From contig OZ245843.1 in the NCBI GenBank assembly GCA_965228875.1, positions 3,392,616-3,456,615 of the forward strand: a stretch of 64,000 nucleotides of DNA, in the 5' to 3' direction. Below the pieces are notes generated by a model. The model was not told the origin of the DNA. It saw only the letters and a list, made by a program, of their open reading frames with translations, and ran no database searches. Made by a program: the position numbers and the translations under genes. Positions 11,032 through 20,831 of this stretch are shown piece by piece; position 1 is the first letter of the stretch; the number at the start of each line of letters is the position of its first letter. This DNA comes from Thalassobaculaceae bacterium (GTDB lineage Bacteria > Pseudomonadota > Alphaproteobacteria > Thalassobaculales > Thalassobaculaceae).

Positions 11032-11640
11032 ATGATCGCCAACAGCGTGACCCGCTGGTCCAGGCGCATCGGTCTCGCCGCCGTCGCGGCGCTCGCGGCC
11101 GCCCCGTCCTGGGCGGCGGGAGCCGACCAAGGCGGCGGAGGCGGTGGCCTGCCGCAGCTCGACGCCACGACGTATCCGACCCAGATCTTCTGGCTGATCG
11201 TCAGCTTCGTCCTGCTCTACATCGTCATGTCGAAGATCGCGATTCCGCGCATCGCCGACGTGCTCGAGGAGCGCCAGGAACGGATCGAGGACGACATCGA
11301 GACCGCCGACCGCCTGCGCGGCGAGGCGGAAGCGGTGAAGGGCGAATACGAGAAGGCGGTGGCCGACGCCCGGTCCCAGGCCCATGACCTTGTCCGCAAG
11401 GCAGTGGACGAGATCGCCGCGGCCCATGCCAAGGCCGAGGCCGAGGCCGCCAAGAAGACGGCGGAGACCACCAAGGCCGCCGAGACCCGCATCGCCCAGC
11501 AGCGAACCGAAGCGCTCGCCAGCCTGAAGTCCGTCGCCAGCGAGGCCGCCGCCGAGGCGACCGCCAAGCTGACCGGCCTGAAGGTCGACGACAGCAAGGT
11601 CGGTGCCGCGGTCGACTCGGCCATGCAGGGAGGTGCGTGA
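11032..11640 (+). CDS. atpG: ATP synthase F0 subunit b'
   Basis: GLPQLD..TYPTQIFWL motif, TM helix plus coiled coil. Confidence 0.93.
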   Translation: MIANSVTRWSRRIGLAAVAALAAAPSWAAGADQGGGGGGLPQLDATTYPTQIFWLIVSFVLLYIVMSKIAIPRIADVLEERQERIEDDIETADRLRGEAEAVKGEYEKAVADARSQAHDLVRKAVDEIAAAHAKAEAEAAKKTAETTKAAETRIAQQRTEALASLKSVASEAAAEATAKLTGLKVDDSKVGAAVDSAMQGGA

Positions 11641-12122
11641 TGTTCGCCGATCCCACATTCTGGGTTGCCGTCTCCTTCGTCCTGTTCCTGATCATCGCGG
11701 TCTGGAAGGGCAAGGACGCCATCGTCAGCGGCCTCGACAAGCGGGCCGAGGAGATCAAGCGCAAGCTCGACGAGGCGCAGCAGCTTCGCGAGGAGGCCCA
11801 GGCGGCCAAGGCCGACTACCAGCGCCGCCAGCGCGACGCGCTGCAGGAAGCCGAGGCTATCCTGGAGCATGCCAAGACCGAGGCCGCGCGCATGCGCGAG
11901 GAGGCCGAGGTGAAGCTGGAGCAGGCTCTTGCCCGCCGCGAGCAGCTCGCGATGGAGAAGATCCAGGCGGCCGAGGCGAAGGCCCTGCAGGAGGTCCGCG
12001 CCCAGATGGTCGACCTGGCCGTCGCCGCCACCCGGCGCCTGATCGAGGACAACATGGACGACGCGACCCAGCGCAAGCTGGTCGCCGGTGCCATCGAGGA
12101 GATCCCGACCCGGCTGCAGTAG
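11640..12122 (+). CDS. atpF: ATP synthase F0 subunit b
   Basis: DPTFWVAVSF TM helix plus coiled coil; TGATG coupling with b'. Confidence 0.93.
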   Translation: MFADPTFWVAVSFVLFLIIAVWKGKDAIVSGLDKRAEEIKRKLDEAQQLREEAQAAKADYQRRQRDALQEAEAILEHAKTEAARMREEAEVKLEQALARREQLAMEKIQAAEAKALQEVRAQMVDLAVAATRRLIEDNMDDATQRKLVAGAIEEIPTRLQ

Positions 12123-12148
12123 GCCCCGGTCGTCAACGGTTAGGAGAT

Positions 12149-12177
12149 CGGCCCGGCCTCATCGCCGGGCCGTTTTT
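12149..12177 (+). terminator. Intrinsic terminator of atp operon
   Basis: CGGCCCGGC-ctcatc-GCCGGGCCG followed by TTTTT. Confidence 0.85.
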
Positions 12178-12192
12178 CATTTGGGCCACGGC

Positions 12193-12237
12193 CCGGCCCA
12201 AGCGACATCCCACGGTTCCGGCCCAAGCGACATCCCA
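12193..12237. repeat. Perfect 20-bp direct repeat x2 (CCGGCCCAAGCGACATCCCA), 25-bp period
   Basis: Copies at 12193-12212 and 12218-12237. Confidence 0.85.
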
Positions 12238-12267
12238 GGCCCCCCGACCCAGGGACAGACCCAGGCT

Positions 12268-12981
12268 TCAGTCCGGGTCCGGCTTGGTCTTCCTGCCGTC
12301 GAACATGAGGCGCAGACGGGCGCGCTGGGCCTCGCGGATGTGGTGGCGCGCGGCCGCCTCGGCCCGCGGCTGATCCCGCGCCTCGATGGCGTCGAGGATC
12401 TCCTGATGCTCCTGGCGCGCGGTGTCGGAGCGGCCGGTCAGCGACAGGGTTGTCATGCCGAGCAGCGCCATGGCGTCGCTCAGCACGTTCAGGGTCTTCA
12501 GCAGATAGCGGTTATGGGCGGCGCGGTAGAGCGAGCCGTGGAACTGCCGATTGTGGCTTGCCAGCGCCCGGGGATCGCCGTCACCGGGATCGGCGGCGAT
12601 CAGGTCGCGGAGCAGGGTGATCTCCGCTTCGGAGGCGTGACGCGCCGCGAGCCCGGCCGCCGTACCCTCCAGCACCTCGCGCATCTGATAGAGTTCCATC
12701 ACCGCCTGGTGGTCGAGCTCGGCGATCACCATGCCGCGATAGGGCACGAAGGTCAGGAGGCCGTCGGCCTCGAGGCGGCGCAGAGCCTCGCGGACCGGCG
12801 TGCGGCTGACCTCCAGCCGCTTGGCCATCTCGATCTCGCGGATCCGCTCACCCGGTTTCAGTTCGCCGGCCTGGATCGCCTCGCGCAGGCGATGATAGGT
12901 CCACTCCCCCCGGGACTCGGTGTTGGCGCGCGCCGGCGTCCCCGACGTCTCGGCCTCGCCGTCGCTGCTCCGTCGGGCCAT
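12268..12981 (-). CDS. GntR-family (FadR/FCD) transcriptional regulator
   Basis: LKPGERIRE...VSRTPVREAL wHTH; NRQFH and EH FCD metal motifs. Confidence 0.93.
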   Translation of the reverse strand: MARRSSDGEAETSGTPARANTESRGEWTYHRLREAIQAGELKPGERIREIEMAKRLEVSRTPVREALRRLEADGLLTFVPYRGMVIAELDHQAVMELYQMREVLEGTAAGLAARHASEAEITLLRDLIAADPGDGDPRALASHNRQFHGSLYRAAHNRYLLKTLNVLSDAMALLGMTTLSLTGRSDTARQEHQEILDAIEARDQPRAEAAARHHIREAQRARLRLMFDGRKTKPDPD

Positions 12982-12983
12982 GA

Positions 12984-14486
12984 CTATTCGGCGGCGCGGA
13001 CTTGGCCGGAGGCGGCATCCGCCCCGGCGCTGCCGCCGGCAAGCTTGCCGAACACCGCTCCCGACATCAGCCCCGTCCCGCCCGGATAATTGAAGTAGAA
13101 GAGGCCGCCGACCAGTTCGCCGGCGGCGTAGAGGCCGGGTATCGGTTTCATGTCGACATCGACCACCTGGCCACGCTCATCGATCCGCAGGCCGCCAAAG
13201 GTGAAGGTGATGCCGCAGGTGACCTGATAGGCCTCGAAAGGACCCTGCTCGATCCGCACGGCCCAGTTCGACTTCGGCACCGACAGACCCTTGGTGCCGC
13301 GGCCGTCCTTGACGTTCGGGTTGAACTCGACATCGGTCTGGACCGCGTCGTTATAGGCCTTCACCTCGGCCAGGAACGCCTCGGGGTTCACACCTTCGAG
13401 CTTGCCGGCCAATTCCTCCAGCGTGTCGGCGGTGACCTTGGTGACCTGACGGATCCGGTATTCGTCGCGCTGCAGGTGGACGGTCTGCTGATCGAAGACC
13501 TGCCAGGCCATCTGGCCCGGCTGGTTCAGGATCACCCGCCCGTACTTGGCGTAGGTGTAGTTGCGGAAGTCCGCCCCCTCGTCGACGAAGCGCCTGCCGT
13601 CGGCGTTGACCATGATGGAGAACGGGTAGGAATGCTTCTGGAAGTTGTCGCCGACCGCGAGGTCGCCGAATTCCGGCGCGTTGAAATCCCAGCCGACCGC
13701 GTGGCCGCCGGACCAGTTGCCGTACGGGCAGGCGCCGATATCGAGCGCCATGCGGATGCCGTCGCCGGTGTTGAAGCGGGTTCCGCGCACCTTCGCCAGT
13801 TCCCAGCCCGGCCCCATGTAGCGGGTCCGCCACTCCGGGTTGGCCTCGAAACCGCCGCTGGCCAGCACGACCGACTTCGCGGCGATGGTCTCCACGCCGT
13901 TCGGCCCCTTGACCTTCACGCCGGTCACCTTGACGTCGTCGTATTCCAGCGACAGGGCCCGTGTCTCGTAGCGGATGTCGATGTCGTTCTTCGCGGCCGC
14001 CCCCCAAAGCGCCTCGACCAGCCCCGGGCCGCCGCCCCACGCCTCGACGGTCAGCCCGCCCCAGAACTTGAACCTGCCGTCGACCTTGAACGCCTGACGG
14101 CCCCAGATCGGCTGGAACCGCACACCCTTGCCCTTCATCCACATCAGGGTGTCGTAGGACGAGGTGATCAGGGTCTCGGCCAGGTCCGGGTTGCAGCGAA
14201 ACTGCGTGACCCGGAACATGTCGTCGAAGAACTGGTCGGCGGTGTAGGTGCCGAAATCGGTGATCGCCACTTCCTCGTCGGTGATGTCCGGCATCAGGGC
14301 GCGCAGGTCGTCGACCCCGTTGTAGACCGTTCGGATGGCGCCGGCGGTGAACCGGGTGTTGCCGCCGCCCTCGTCCTCCGACGCGCGCTCCAGCACCAGG
14401 ACCGAGGCCCCGTGCTCGCGCGCCGAGAGGGCGGCGCACAGCGCGGCGTTTCCCGCTCCGACGACGACAACATCCCATTCAGCCAT
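12984..14486 (-). CDS. tcuA: TcuA-like FAD-dependent oxidoreductase (tricarballylate dehydrogenase family)
   Basis: VVVGAGNAALCAALSAREHGA, GGNTRFT, GITFTFGGL, NYPGGTGL motifs; substrate not established. Confidence 0.75.
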   Translation of the reverse strand: MAEWDVVVVGAGNAALCAALSAREHGASVLVLERASEDEGGGNTRFTAGAIRTVYNGVDDLRALMPDITDEEVAITDFGTYTADQFFDDMFRVTQFRCNPDLAETLITSSYDTLMWMKGKGVRFQPIWGRQAFKVDGRFKFWGGLTVEAWGGGPGLVEALWGAAAKNDIDIRYETRALSLEYDDVKVTGVKVKGPNGVETIAAKSVVLASGGFEANPEWRTRYMGPGWELAKVRGTRFNTGDGIRMALDIGACPYGNWSGGHAVGWDFNAPEFGDLAVGDNFQKHSYPFSIMVNADGRRFVDEGADFRNYTYAKYGRVILNQPGQMAWQVFDQQTVHLQRDEYRIRQVTKVTADTLEELAGKLEGVNPEAFLAEVKAYNDAVQTDVEFNPNVKDGRGTKGLSVPKSNWAVRIEQGPFEAYQVTCGITFTFGGLRIDERGQVVDVDMKPIPGLYAAGELVGGLFYFNYPGGTGLMSGAVFGKLAGGSAGADAASGQVRAAE

Positions 14487-14517
14487 AACTCACGCTCCCG
14501 ATTCGACGACACTCTCT

Positions 14518-14527
14518 TTGTATACAA
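14518..14527. promoter_or_regulatory. FadR-subfamily GntR operator candidate
   Basis: Perfect palindrome TTGTATACAA about 30 bp upstream of the tcuA-gntR operon. Confidence 0.7.
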
Positions 14528-14647
14528 TCCTAGGCGCGGGCCTGTCCAGCGCCGCAGGCCGCGCGGAGCGGCCAGCGGATATCGCGGAACGGACGCGACG
14601 GAGTCACGCCGACGAGCCGGCCGGCGGCAGGTCGGGGCCGCGCCCCG

Positions 14648-14760
14648 AGAGCGCGATCGCTTCAGATTGATACATCGGAAGCGTGAATCGCCCTCTACGC
14701 CATCAAAGGCAGCGCAGGTTCACACGATCGGATGTCTCCATCTGATCGTGTTTCGCTCTA
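14648..14760 (-). repeat. ~113-bp double-hairpin intergenic repeat, copy 1
   Basis: Reverse complement aligns with 26929-27043 and 61357-61405; begins with the TAG stop of the LivF-like gene. Confidence 0.85.
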
Positions 14761-15633
14761 CCCGCCGAGGAACAGGCGCCCGACTTCCGGGTTCTCGAGT
14801 AACTGTTTGCCGGGGCCGGCCAGGGCCGTTTCGCCGGAGACCAGGACGTAGCCGAGATCGGCGAACTCGAGCCCCTTCTTGGCGTTCTGCTCGACCATGA
14901 TGATGGTCTTGCCGTCGACCCGCTGCAGATCGTCGAGGATTTCGAACACCATGTCGATGAAGCGCGGCTCCAGACCGATCGACGGCTCGTCGACCAGCAG
15001 GACATCCGGTTCCATCACCAGGGCGCGGCTGATCTCCAGCAGACGCCGCTCGCCGCCGGACAGAACGCCGGCCGGCTTGCTGCGCCGGGCGGCGAGGCGG
15101 TCGTACTTGTCGAACACCCTCTCCGCCGCCGCCTTGGCCTCGGCCGGCTTGTCCTTGAGGAAGCCGCCCATCAGCAGGTTCTCCTCCACCGTCATCCCGG
15201 GGAAGACCGACTTGTCCTGCAGGATGTAGGCGATGCCGGCGCTGCGCAGCTTCTGCTGCGGGCTGAGGCGCGTGACGTCCTTGCCGCCGACCATGATGGT
15301 TCCGGAGAAGATGTTGGTGAAGCCGAAGATCGAGTGCAGCACCGTCGACTTGCCGGCACCGTTCGGCCCGATCAGGCATAGCGACTGACCCTTGCCGACC
15401 CTCAGGTTGAAGTCGTGCAGGATCTCCATCTTGCCGTAGCCGGCCCGCAGGTCGTTGATGGACACGAACGCCTCGCCCGAGCACATGGTGTCGAGTTCGG
15501 CGACGCTGGGCCCCTCCTCGGCGATGGCCTTGGCCTGTCTGACGACGTCGTCGACCGAGATGACGGTGGAGACGTCGCCGGAGCCGTAGCCGCGGGTGCG
15601 GGGATTGTTCTCGCTTCCGGTCTGCTCGCTCAT
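14758..15633 (-). CDS. Branched-chain-type ABC transporter ATP-binding protein (LivF-like)
   Basis: [25 protein letters not shown]; ~50-aa N-terminal extension. Confidence 0.9.
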   Translation of the reverse strand: MSEQTGSENNPRTRGYGSGDVSTVISVDDVVRQAKAIAEEGPSVAELDTMCSGEAFVSINDLRAGYGKMEILHDFNLRVGKGQSLCLIGPNGAGKSTVLHSIFGFTNIFSGTIMVGGKDVTRLSPQQKLRSAGIAYILQDKSVFPGMTVEENLLMGGFLKDKPAEAKAAAERVFDKYDRLAARRSKPAGVLSGGERRLLEISRALVMEPDVLLVDEPSIGLEPRFIDMVFEILDDLQRVDGKTIIMVEQNAKKGLEFADLGYVLVSGETALAGPGKQLLENPEVGRLFLGG

Positions 15634-16394
15634 CAGTGGGCTCCCAGATAGGCGTCGACCACGCGCGGATCGTTCTGCAAGTCGTCCGGCGCGCCGGTCG
15701 CCAGCAGCTCGCCATGGGCGAGACAGGAGATCTGCTCCGCCAGGTTCATGATGACGCGCATGTTGTGCTCGATGACGAAGAGCGTGACGCCGAGTTCCTC
15801 GTTCGCGCGCTTCAGGCGGTCGATCAGGCCGTTGATCAGCGTCGGGTTGATGCCCGCCGTCGGCTCGTCGAGAAGCAGCACCCTAGGCTTGTTCATCAGC
15901 GCCATGGCGAACTCCAGCAGCTTCTGCTGGCCGAAGCTCAGGTCGCCGGAGACCAGGAACCGCTTCTCGTAGAGCCCGACGAACTCCAGCAGCCGTTCCG
16001 CCTCCTCGACGATCTCGCCCTTGCCGCGGGTGGCGAAGATGTCGAACGGCGAGGAGTCCCGGTGGCTGACCGAGATCTGCATGTTGTCCATGCAGTTCAT
16101 CTTCGAATAGATCCGGGTCTGCTGGAACGTCCGCAGCATGCCGAGCCGGGCGATGTCCGGAACCCGCAGCTTCGAGATCTCCTGACCCTGGAACCTGATG
16201 GACCCGGCATCGATCGGATGGTAGCCGACGATCGAGTTGAACAGGGTGGTCTTGCCGGAGCCGTTCGGTCCGATCAGGCCGGTGATCTTGCCGTCGGGCA
16301 CGTCGATGGAGATGTCGGTGTTGGCATGGACGCCGCCGAACGACTTGTAGACGTTGCGGACCTCGATGACGTTGTTCGTTGCCTGGGCGCTCAT
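15633..16394 (-). CDS. Branched-chain-type ABC transporter ATP-binding protein (LivG-like)
   Basis: GPNGSGKTT, LSFGQQK, LLLDEP, C-terminal AYLG; start MSAQATNN at 16394. Confidence 0.92.
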   Translation of the reverse strand: MSAQATNNVIEVRNVYKSFGGVHANTDISIDVPDGKITGLIGPNGSGKTTLFNSIVGYHPIDAGSIRFQGQEISKLRVPDIARLGMLRTFQQTRIYSKMNCMDNMQISVSHRDSSPFDIFATRGKGEIVEEAERLLEFVGLYEKRFLVSGDLSFGQQKLLEFAMALMNKPRVLLLDEPTAGINPTLINGLIDRLKRANEELGVTLFVIEHNMRVIMNLAEQISCLAHGELLATGAPDDLQNDPRVVDAYLGAH

Positions 16395-17458
16395 TCCGCC
16401 GCCTCCCCGGCCGCCGGCCGCCCCGAACCGCCTCGGTCGACGGCCAGCCCGAAGGCCTGCGGCCACTTGTCCTGGGCCCAGCCGAGAATGCCCTGCTGGA
16501 AGTAGACGATGTTGATGATGATGATCGCGCCGAGCGCCACCCACTGCCAGCCGAGCAGGTGGGTCCAGGTGATCTCCTTGACGATGTGGAAGAGGACGGC
16601 GCCGAGCACCGGCCCCCACAGCGTGCCCTTGCCCCCGAGCAACGCCATGGCGACCATGAAGATGCCGAACGTGGCGGTCGGGAAAGCCACCTCGAGCGGC
16701 TCGATGAAGCCCGACATGTTGCCGAAGATGGCGCCGCCGATCCCCATGAAGAACGCGGCGAAGACCCAGGCCATCACCTTGTAGCGGGTGGCGTGGATGC
16801 CCATCGCGTCGGCCTTGTCCTCGTCGTCGCGGATCGCGTTGATGGCGAGGCCGAACTGGGTGGAGTAGAGCCAGCGCACGAACAGGTGCGTCGCCAGCGC
16901 CAGGACCGCCAGAAGAACGTAGAACATCTGCGCCCCGGCCGTGGCGGAGGCGCCGGGATAGACCGGCATGGAAATGCCGCCGCCGCCGCCGACATAGCCC
17001 CACCCGGCCACAAGCTCGGCGACCGCGACGGCGAGGCCGAGCGTGCCGATCGCGAAGTACGGCCCGCGCAGCCCCAGCATCGCCGGACCGATGATGACCG
17101 CGAACAACGCCGACGCGACACCGCCGGCGATCAGGCCGAGGAACAGGCCCGTGAAGTACTGGGCGTCTGTGAACTCGACCTTGATGGCGCCGAAGGCGGA
17201 GGTGTAGGCGGCGACGTCGCTGAACTGCGCGATCTGCACGACGGCGGAGGCGTACATGCCGATGCCGAAGAAGCAGACGTTGCCGAGCGAGTTGTAGCCC
17301 ATCTGGCCGCCGGTGATGTCCCAGGTCACCGCCATCAGGACCATCAGCCACATCACGGCGATGGTCTGGATGTACTCCGGGAAGGCGAACGGCGCGATCA
17401 CCCCGAAGGCGATCAGGCCGCCGTAGATCTTCAGGTCGAGGGATGTCGTGGATTTCAT
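16391..17458 (-). CDS. Branched-chain-type ABC permease (LivM-like)
   Basis: LRGPYFAIGTL, AIRDDEDKA, LGGKGT motifs; multiple TM helices. Confidence 0.92.
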   Translation of the reverse strand: MKSTTSLDLKIYGGLIAFGVIAPFAFPEYIQTIAVMWLMVLMAVTWDITGGQMGYNSLGNVCFFGIGMYASAVVQIAQFSDVAAYTSAFGAIKVEFTDAQYFTGLFLGLIAGGVASALFAVIIGPAMLGLRGPYFAIGTLGLAVAVAELVAGWGYVGGGGGISMPVYPGASATAGAQMFYVLLAVLALATHLFVRWLYSTQFGLAINAIRDDEDKADAMGIHATRYKVMAWVFAAFFMGIGGAIFGNMSGFIEPLEVAFPTATFGIFMVAMALLGGKGTLWGPVLGAVLFHIVKEITWTHLLGWQWVALGAIIIINIVYFQQGILGWAQDKWPQAFGLAVDRGGSGRPAAGEAAE

Positions 17459-18354
17459 CGAACCACCTGACGCACACGGTAGAGCTGGACCAGCCGGTAC
17501 ATCAGCACCAGCACCAGCATGATGACGACGGCGGCGACCGCGAACTCGGCGCCGAACACAAAGCCGGCGACGTTCTCCCAGACCCCGAGGCCGAAGCCCG
17601 TCAGGATCACGCCCGGCAGGTTGCCGAGGCCGGCCGCCGTCACGATGATGAAGGCGCGGATCGAGTAGACGATCCCGTAGTAGGGCTGGATCACCCAGAT
17701 CATCGCCACCAGCACCCCGGCCGCTCCGCAGATCGCGGAGTTCAGCGCGTAGGTGAAGGCGTAGACCTGGTCGGTGTCGATCCCGAGTACGCGGGCGGCG
17801 CGGGCATCCTGGGCGGTGGCCCGGATCGCCTGGCCCATGCGCGACTTTCTCATGAAGATCACGATGGCGAGCGCCAGCGCGCCGGCCAGCAGCAGACTGT
17901 AGAGCCGCACGTTCTGAATGATGATGAACGAGCCCACCTCGAAGTCTCCGAAGCCGGACTCGGCGACCTTGACCTCGGGTCCGTAGATCAGGTTCAGCAC
18001 CTGCTGGATCAGCAGGCTGAGTCCGAAGGTGGCGAGCAGCGAGGTGAACATGTCGCGGTCGACCACCCGCCGGATGATCAGCACGTAGATCCCCCAGCCG
18101 AGCATGAACATCAGCACCAGCGCCGCCGGCAGGGCCACGATCGGGTGGTAGCCCCAGAGCGTGGCCTGGTAGGCGATGTAGCCGCCGAGGATGACCATGT
18201 CGCCCTGGGCCAGGTTCTTCACGTTCATCACGCCCCAGACCAGGGCGAGGCCGTAGGCGACCAGCGCGAACACCGCGCCGATGAAGAGACCCTGGATAAT
18301 CAGGTCTACGCCCAGGATCGGCACCTGGGTCAGGAGATATAGGTTGTCGATCAT
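17455..18354 (-). CDS. Branched-chain-type ABC permease (LivH-like)
   Basis: GLALVWGVMNVKNLAQG, GQAIRATAQD motifs. Confidence 0.92.
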   Translation of the reverse strand: MIDNLYLLTQVPILGVDLIIQGLFIGAVFALVAYGLALVWGVMNVKNLAQGDMVILGGYIAYQATLWGYHPIVALPAALVLMFMLGWGIYVLIIRRVVDRDMFTSLLATFGLSLLIQQVLNLIYGPEVKVAESGFGDFEVGSFIIIQNVRLYSLLLAGALALAIVIFMRKSRMGQAIRATAQDARAARVLGIDTDQVYAFTYALNSAICGAAGVLVAMIWVIQPYYGIVYSIRAFIIVTAAGLGNLPGVILTGFGLGVWENVAGFVFGAEFAVAAVVIMLVLVLMYRLVQLYRVRQVVR

Positions 18355-18424
18355 GCTTGCGTCCCTCGTCCGCAGGCGGGGCGGGAGGTGGCGCCGACCC
18401 GCCGGGAGATCCCCGGTAACGACA

Positions 18425-18453
18425 GCGGCGGGAGAATCGGATTCTCCCGCCGC
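18425..18453 (-). terminator. Intercistronic hairpin after the substrate-binding gene (partial terminator or mRNA stabiliser)
   Basis: 13-bp perfect stem GCGGCGGGAGAAT-cgg-ATTCTCCCGCCGC. Confidence 0.6.
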
Positions 18454-18471
18454 CGCGCGATCAGGTGTCGG

Positions 18472-19722
18472 TCAGTACTTGGGCTGACGCGGATGGCGCA
18501 GTTCGGCCGCCGCCCACTTGGACGGGGCGACCACCAGATACTCGCCGTCCTGGATCTGGCGGAGCACCATCGGCTTGGCGATGTTGTTGCCGGCCTCGGA
18601 GAACTTGATGCCGCCGTAGAACGTCGTCATGTCGGTCGCCGCCAGCGCGTCGCGCAGAGCGTCGGTGTCGAACGAGCTGGCCCGCTCGAAGGCGTCGGCC
18701 CAGACCATGACCGCCGCGGTCGCCTGCGCGGTCTGGTACGGCACGGTCTTGTACTCCGGATACGCCTTCTGGAAGTCGGAGTGATACTGCGCCGCCGTCC
18801 CCATCAGGTCGTCCTTGTAGGACAGGGTCTCGGACCACTGGGTCGGGCAGAGAATGCCCTCCATCGCGTCCGCGCCGAACTTGCCGACCACGTCCGCCGC
18901 CTCGCAGTGGGTCATCGCGATCATCGGCGTGTCGATCTTCATCTCCTGGATCTGACGACCGGCGGTCGCCGCCCCCTTGGAGTGACCGGAGACCAGGAGC
19001 AGATCCGGCTTCAGCGCCTTCACCTTGGTCAGGGTCGAGGTCATGTCGGACAGGTCGCGCGGCAGCTTGTCGTCGACGACGATGTTCATGCCGAACTTCT
19101 TGGCGTCGTCGACCACGCCGGCGCGCACGTCGAGCGAGAACGGATCGTTCTCGAACGCCATCGCGATCTTGACGTCGGACGCCTTCTTGCCCTGCTTCTC
19201 GGCAACCTCGGCGGCCAGTTCGATCGAGCTGGCGAGATACTGCTCCGACGTCGAGAGCACCGCGAACAGGTACCGGTAGCCCTGGGTGAACAGCGAGCGC
19301 GACGCGCCCTCGGCCTCGACCATCGGGATCTTGTACTTCTCGGTGACCGGCGCGATGGCCTTGGTCAGGCCGGAGCTGTACGGGCCGAGCATGTACTTGA
19401 CGCCGTCCTGGTTGATCAGGCGCTCGGCCAGCTGGGCGCCGCGGGCCGGGGTCGATTCGTCGTCGTAGTAGACGATCTTCAGCTTGTAGCTCTTACCGTT
19501 GACCGTGACGCCGCCGGCGTCATTGATCTTGGAGACCGCGAACTCGTAGCCCTTCTGGGCGTGGATGCCGTTGGTCGCGTACTTGCCGGTCAGCGAGATC
19601 GCCGACCCGAGAATGATGGTGTCCCCTTCCACCTTGGCGTCCGCCGCGGTGGCGAGGCCCAATGCAGCGACGCCGACGACCGCAGCCGTCATCGTGCGCA
19701 GGTGCTTGCGCGTGAACTTCAT
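18472..19722 (-). CDS. ABC substrate-binding protein, LivJ/K fold
   Basis: Signal peptide, SLTGKYA, YYDDES, LGPYSSG motifs. Confidence 0.92.
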   Translation of the reverse strand: MKFTRKHLRTMTAAVVGVAALGLATAADAKVEGDTIILGSAISLTGKYATNGIHAQKGYEFAVSKINDAGGVTVNGKSYKLKIVYYDDESTPARGAQLAERLINQDGVKYMLGPYSSGLTKAIAPVTEKYKIPMVEAEGASRSLFTQGYRYLFAVLSTSEQYLASSIELAAEVAEKQGKKASDVKIAMAFENDPFSLDVRAGVVDDAKKFGMNIVVDDKLPRDLSDMTSTLTKVKALKPDLLLVSGHSKGAATAGRQIQEMKIDTPMIAMTHCEAADVVGKFGADAMEGILCPTQWSETLSYKDDLMGTAAQYHSDFQKAYPEYKTVPYQTAQATAAVMVWADAFERASSFDTDALRDALAATDMTTFYGGIKFSEAGNNIAKPMVLRQIQDGEYLVVAPSKWAAAELRHPRQPKY

Positions 19723-19975
19723 GGAACAGCCTCCCTTAGCTTCGTTCCTTATGTCAGCCCGGGACCGTTGCTCGGCCCTCTGAACCCGACCGCCGATTTC
19801 TCCCGGCGGTAACCGGACAAAACACTAGGGAATAGCGCACGTCGTGAAAAGAGATTTTGCAATAACCCGTGAGATTGATCACCCAGTGGCGACCGATTGT
19901 TACTTTCTGTCCGATTCGCACGACTACGAAACGTCGCGGGTGCGCCCGCTCCGTCGCTGAGGCTAAGCTCGCGCC

Positions 19976-20818
19976 ATGCACGTCCGAACATCGATCATCC
20001 ACGGAGGCGACCCGGCCCCATCCGTGATACCGCCCCTCGCCGTCGTCGCCGCGCCGGCCGCCATGCTGATGACCACCGTGCTCATGGCCACCCTGCTGAT
20101 AGGCGCCCTGCTGATAGGAACTGGCTCGGCCGTCGCCCGCGAGGTCCGGGTGGCCGCCGCCGCCAACGTCACCGAGGCGGCGCGGGAGATCGGTGCCGGC
20201 TTCGACGCACTCAGCGGTCACCGGGCGGTGTTCAGTTTCGCCTCGACCGGCCAGTTGTTCACCCAGATCGCCCAGGGGGCGCCATTCGACGTCTTCCTCG
20301 CCGCCGACCGCGAACGGCCGGCGCGCGCTGTAGCGTCCGGTTTGGCCGTCGCCGGCAGCCGCTTCACCTACGCCCGCGGCCGGCTCGCCCTCTACAGCCG
20401 CGACGACGACCGGGTCACCGGACCGCGCACACTGCGCGCCGGCGGGTTCACCCGGCTGGCGCTGGCCAACCCCGACACCGCGCCCTACGGCGCCGCCGCC
20501 ATTCAGGTGCTCTCGGCGCTCGACCTGCTGGACGGGGTGCGCGACCGCCTGGTCCGCGGCGCCAGCATCGCCCAGACCTATCAGTTCGTGGCCACCGGCA
20601 ATGCCGAACTCGGATTCGTCGCCGCCGCGCAGATCGCCGGGCACGGGGCGGGCTCGCGCTGGATGGTCCCGCAGACCCTGCACGACCCGATCGAGCAGGA
20701 CGCCGTGCTTCTCGCCCTCGGCGCCGACAACCCGGCGGCCACCGCCTTCCTCGCCTACCTGCGCGGGCCGGAGGCGGCCGCCGTGCTGACGCGCTTCGGC
20801 TACGGCCCGGGCGACTGA
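19976..20818 (+). CDS. modA: Molybdate ABC transporter substrate-binding protein (start may be ATG 20063)
   Basis: [35 protein letters not shown]. Confidence 0.92.
   Translation: MHVRTSIIHGGDPAPSVIPPLAVVAAPAAMLMTTVLMATLLIGALLIGTGSAVAREVRVAAAANVTEAAREIGAGFDALSGHRAVFSFASTGQLFTQIAQGAPFDVFLAADRERPARAVASGLAVAGSRFTYARGRLALYSRDDDRVTGPRTLRAGGFTRLALANPDTAPYGAAAIQVLSALDLLDGVRDRLVRGASIAQTYQFVATGNAELGFVAAAQIAGHGAGSRWMVPQTLHDPIEQDAVLLALGADNPAATAFLAYLRGPEAAAVLTRFGYGPGD
20061..20120 (+). repeat. 4 x 15-bp degenerate tandem repeat in the modA signal-peptide region
   Basis: CCATGCTGATGACCA/CCGTGCTCATGGCCA/CCCTGCTGATAGGCG/CCCTGCTGATAGGAA. Confidence 0.75.
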
Positions 20819-20831
20819 CGGAGCGAGCGCG

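Noticed and set aside
3441..12122. mutY-DUF721-dsbA-smc-atp cluster as a novel system
   Set aside because: Familiar conserved alphaproteobacterial gene neighbourhood; SMC is the housekeeping type, with no Wadjet/MksBEF partners
12193..12237. Possible mini-CRISPR or att site
   Set aside because: Only two 20-bp copies with a 5-bp gap and no integrase; treated as a local duplication
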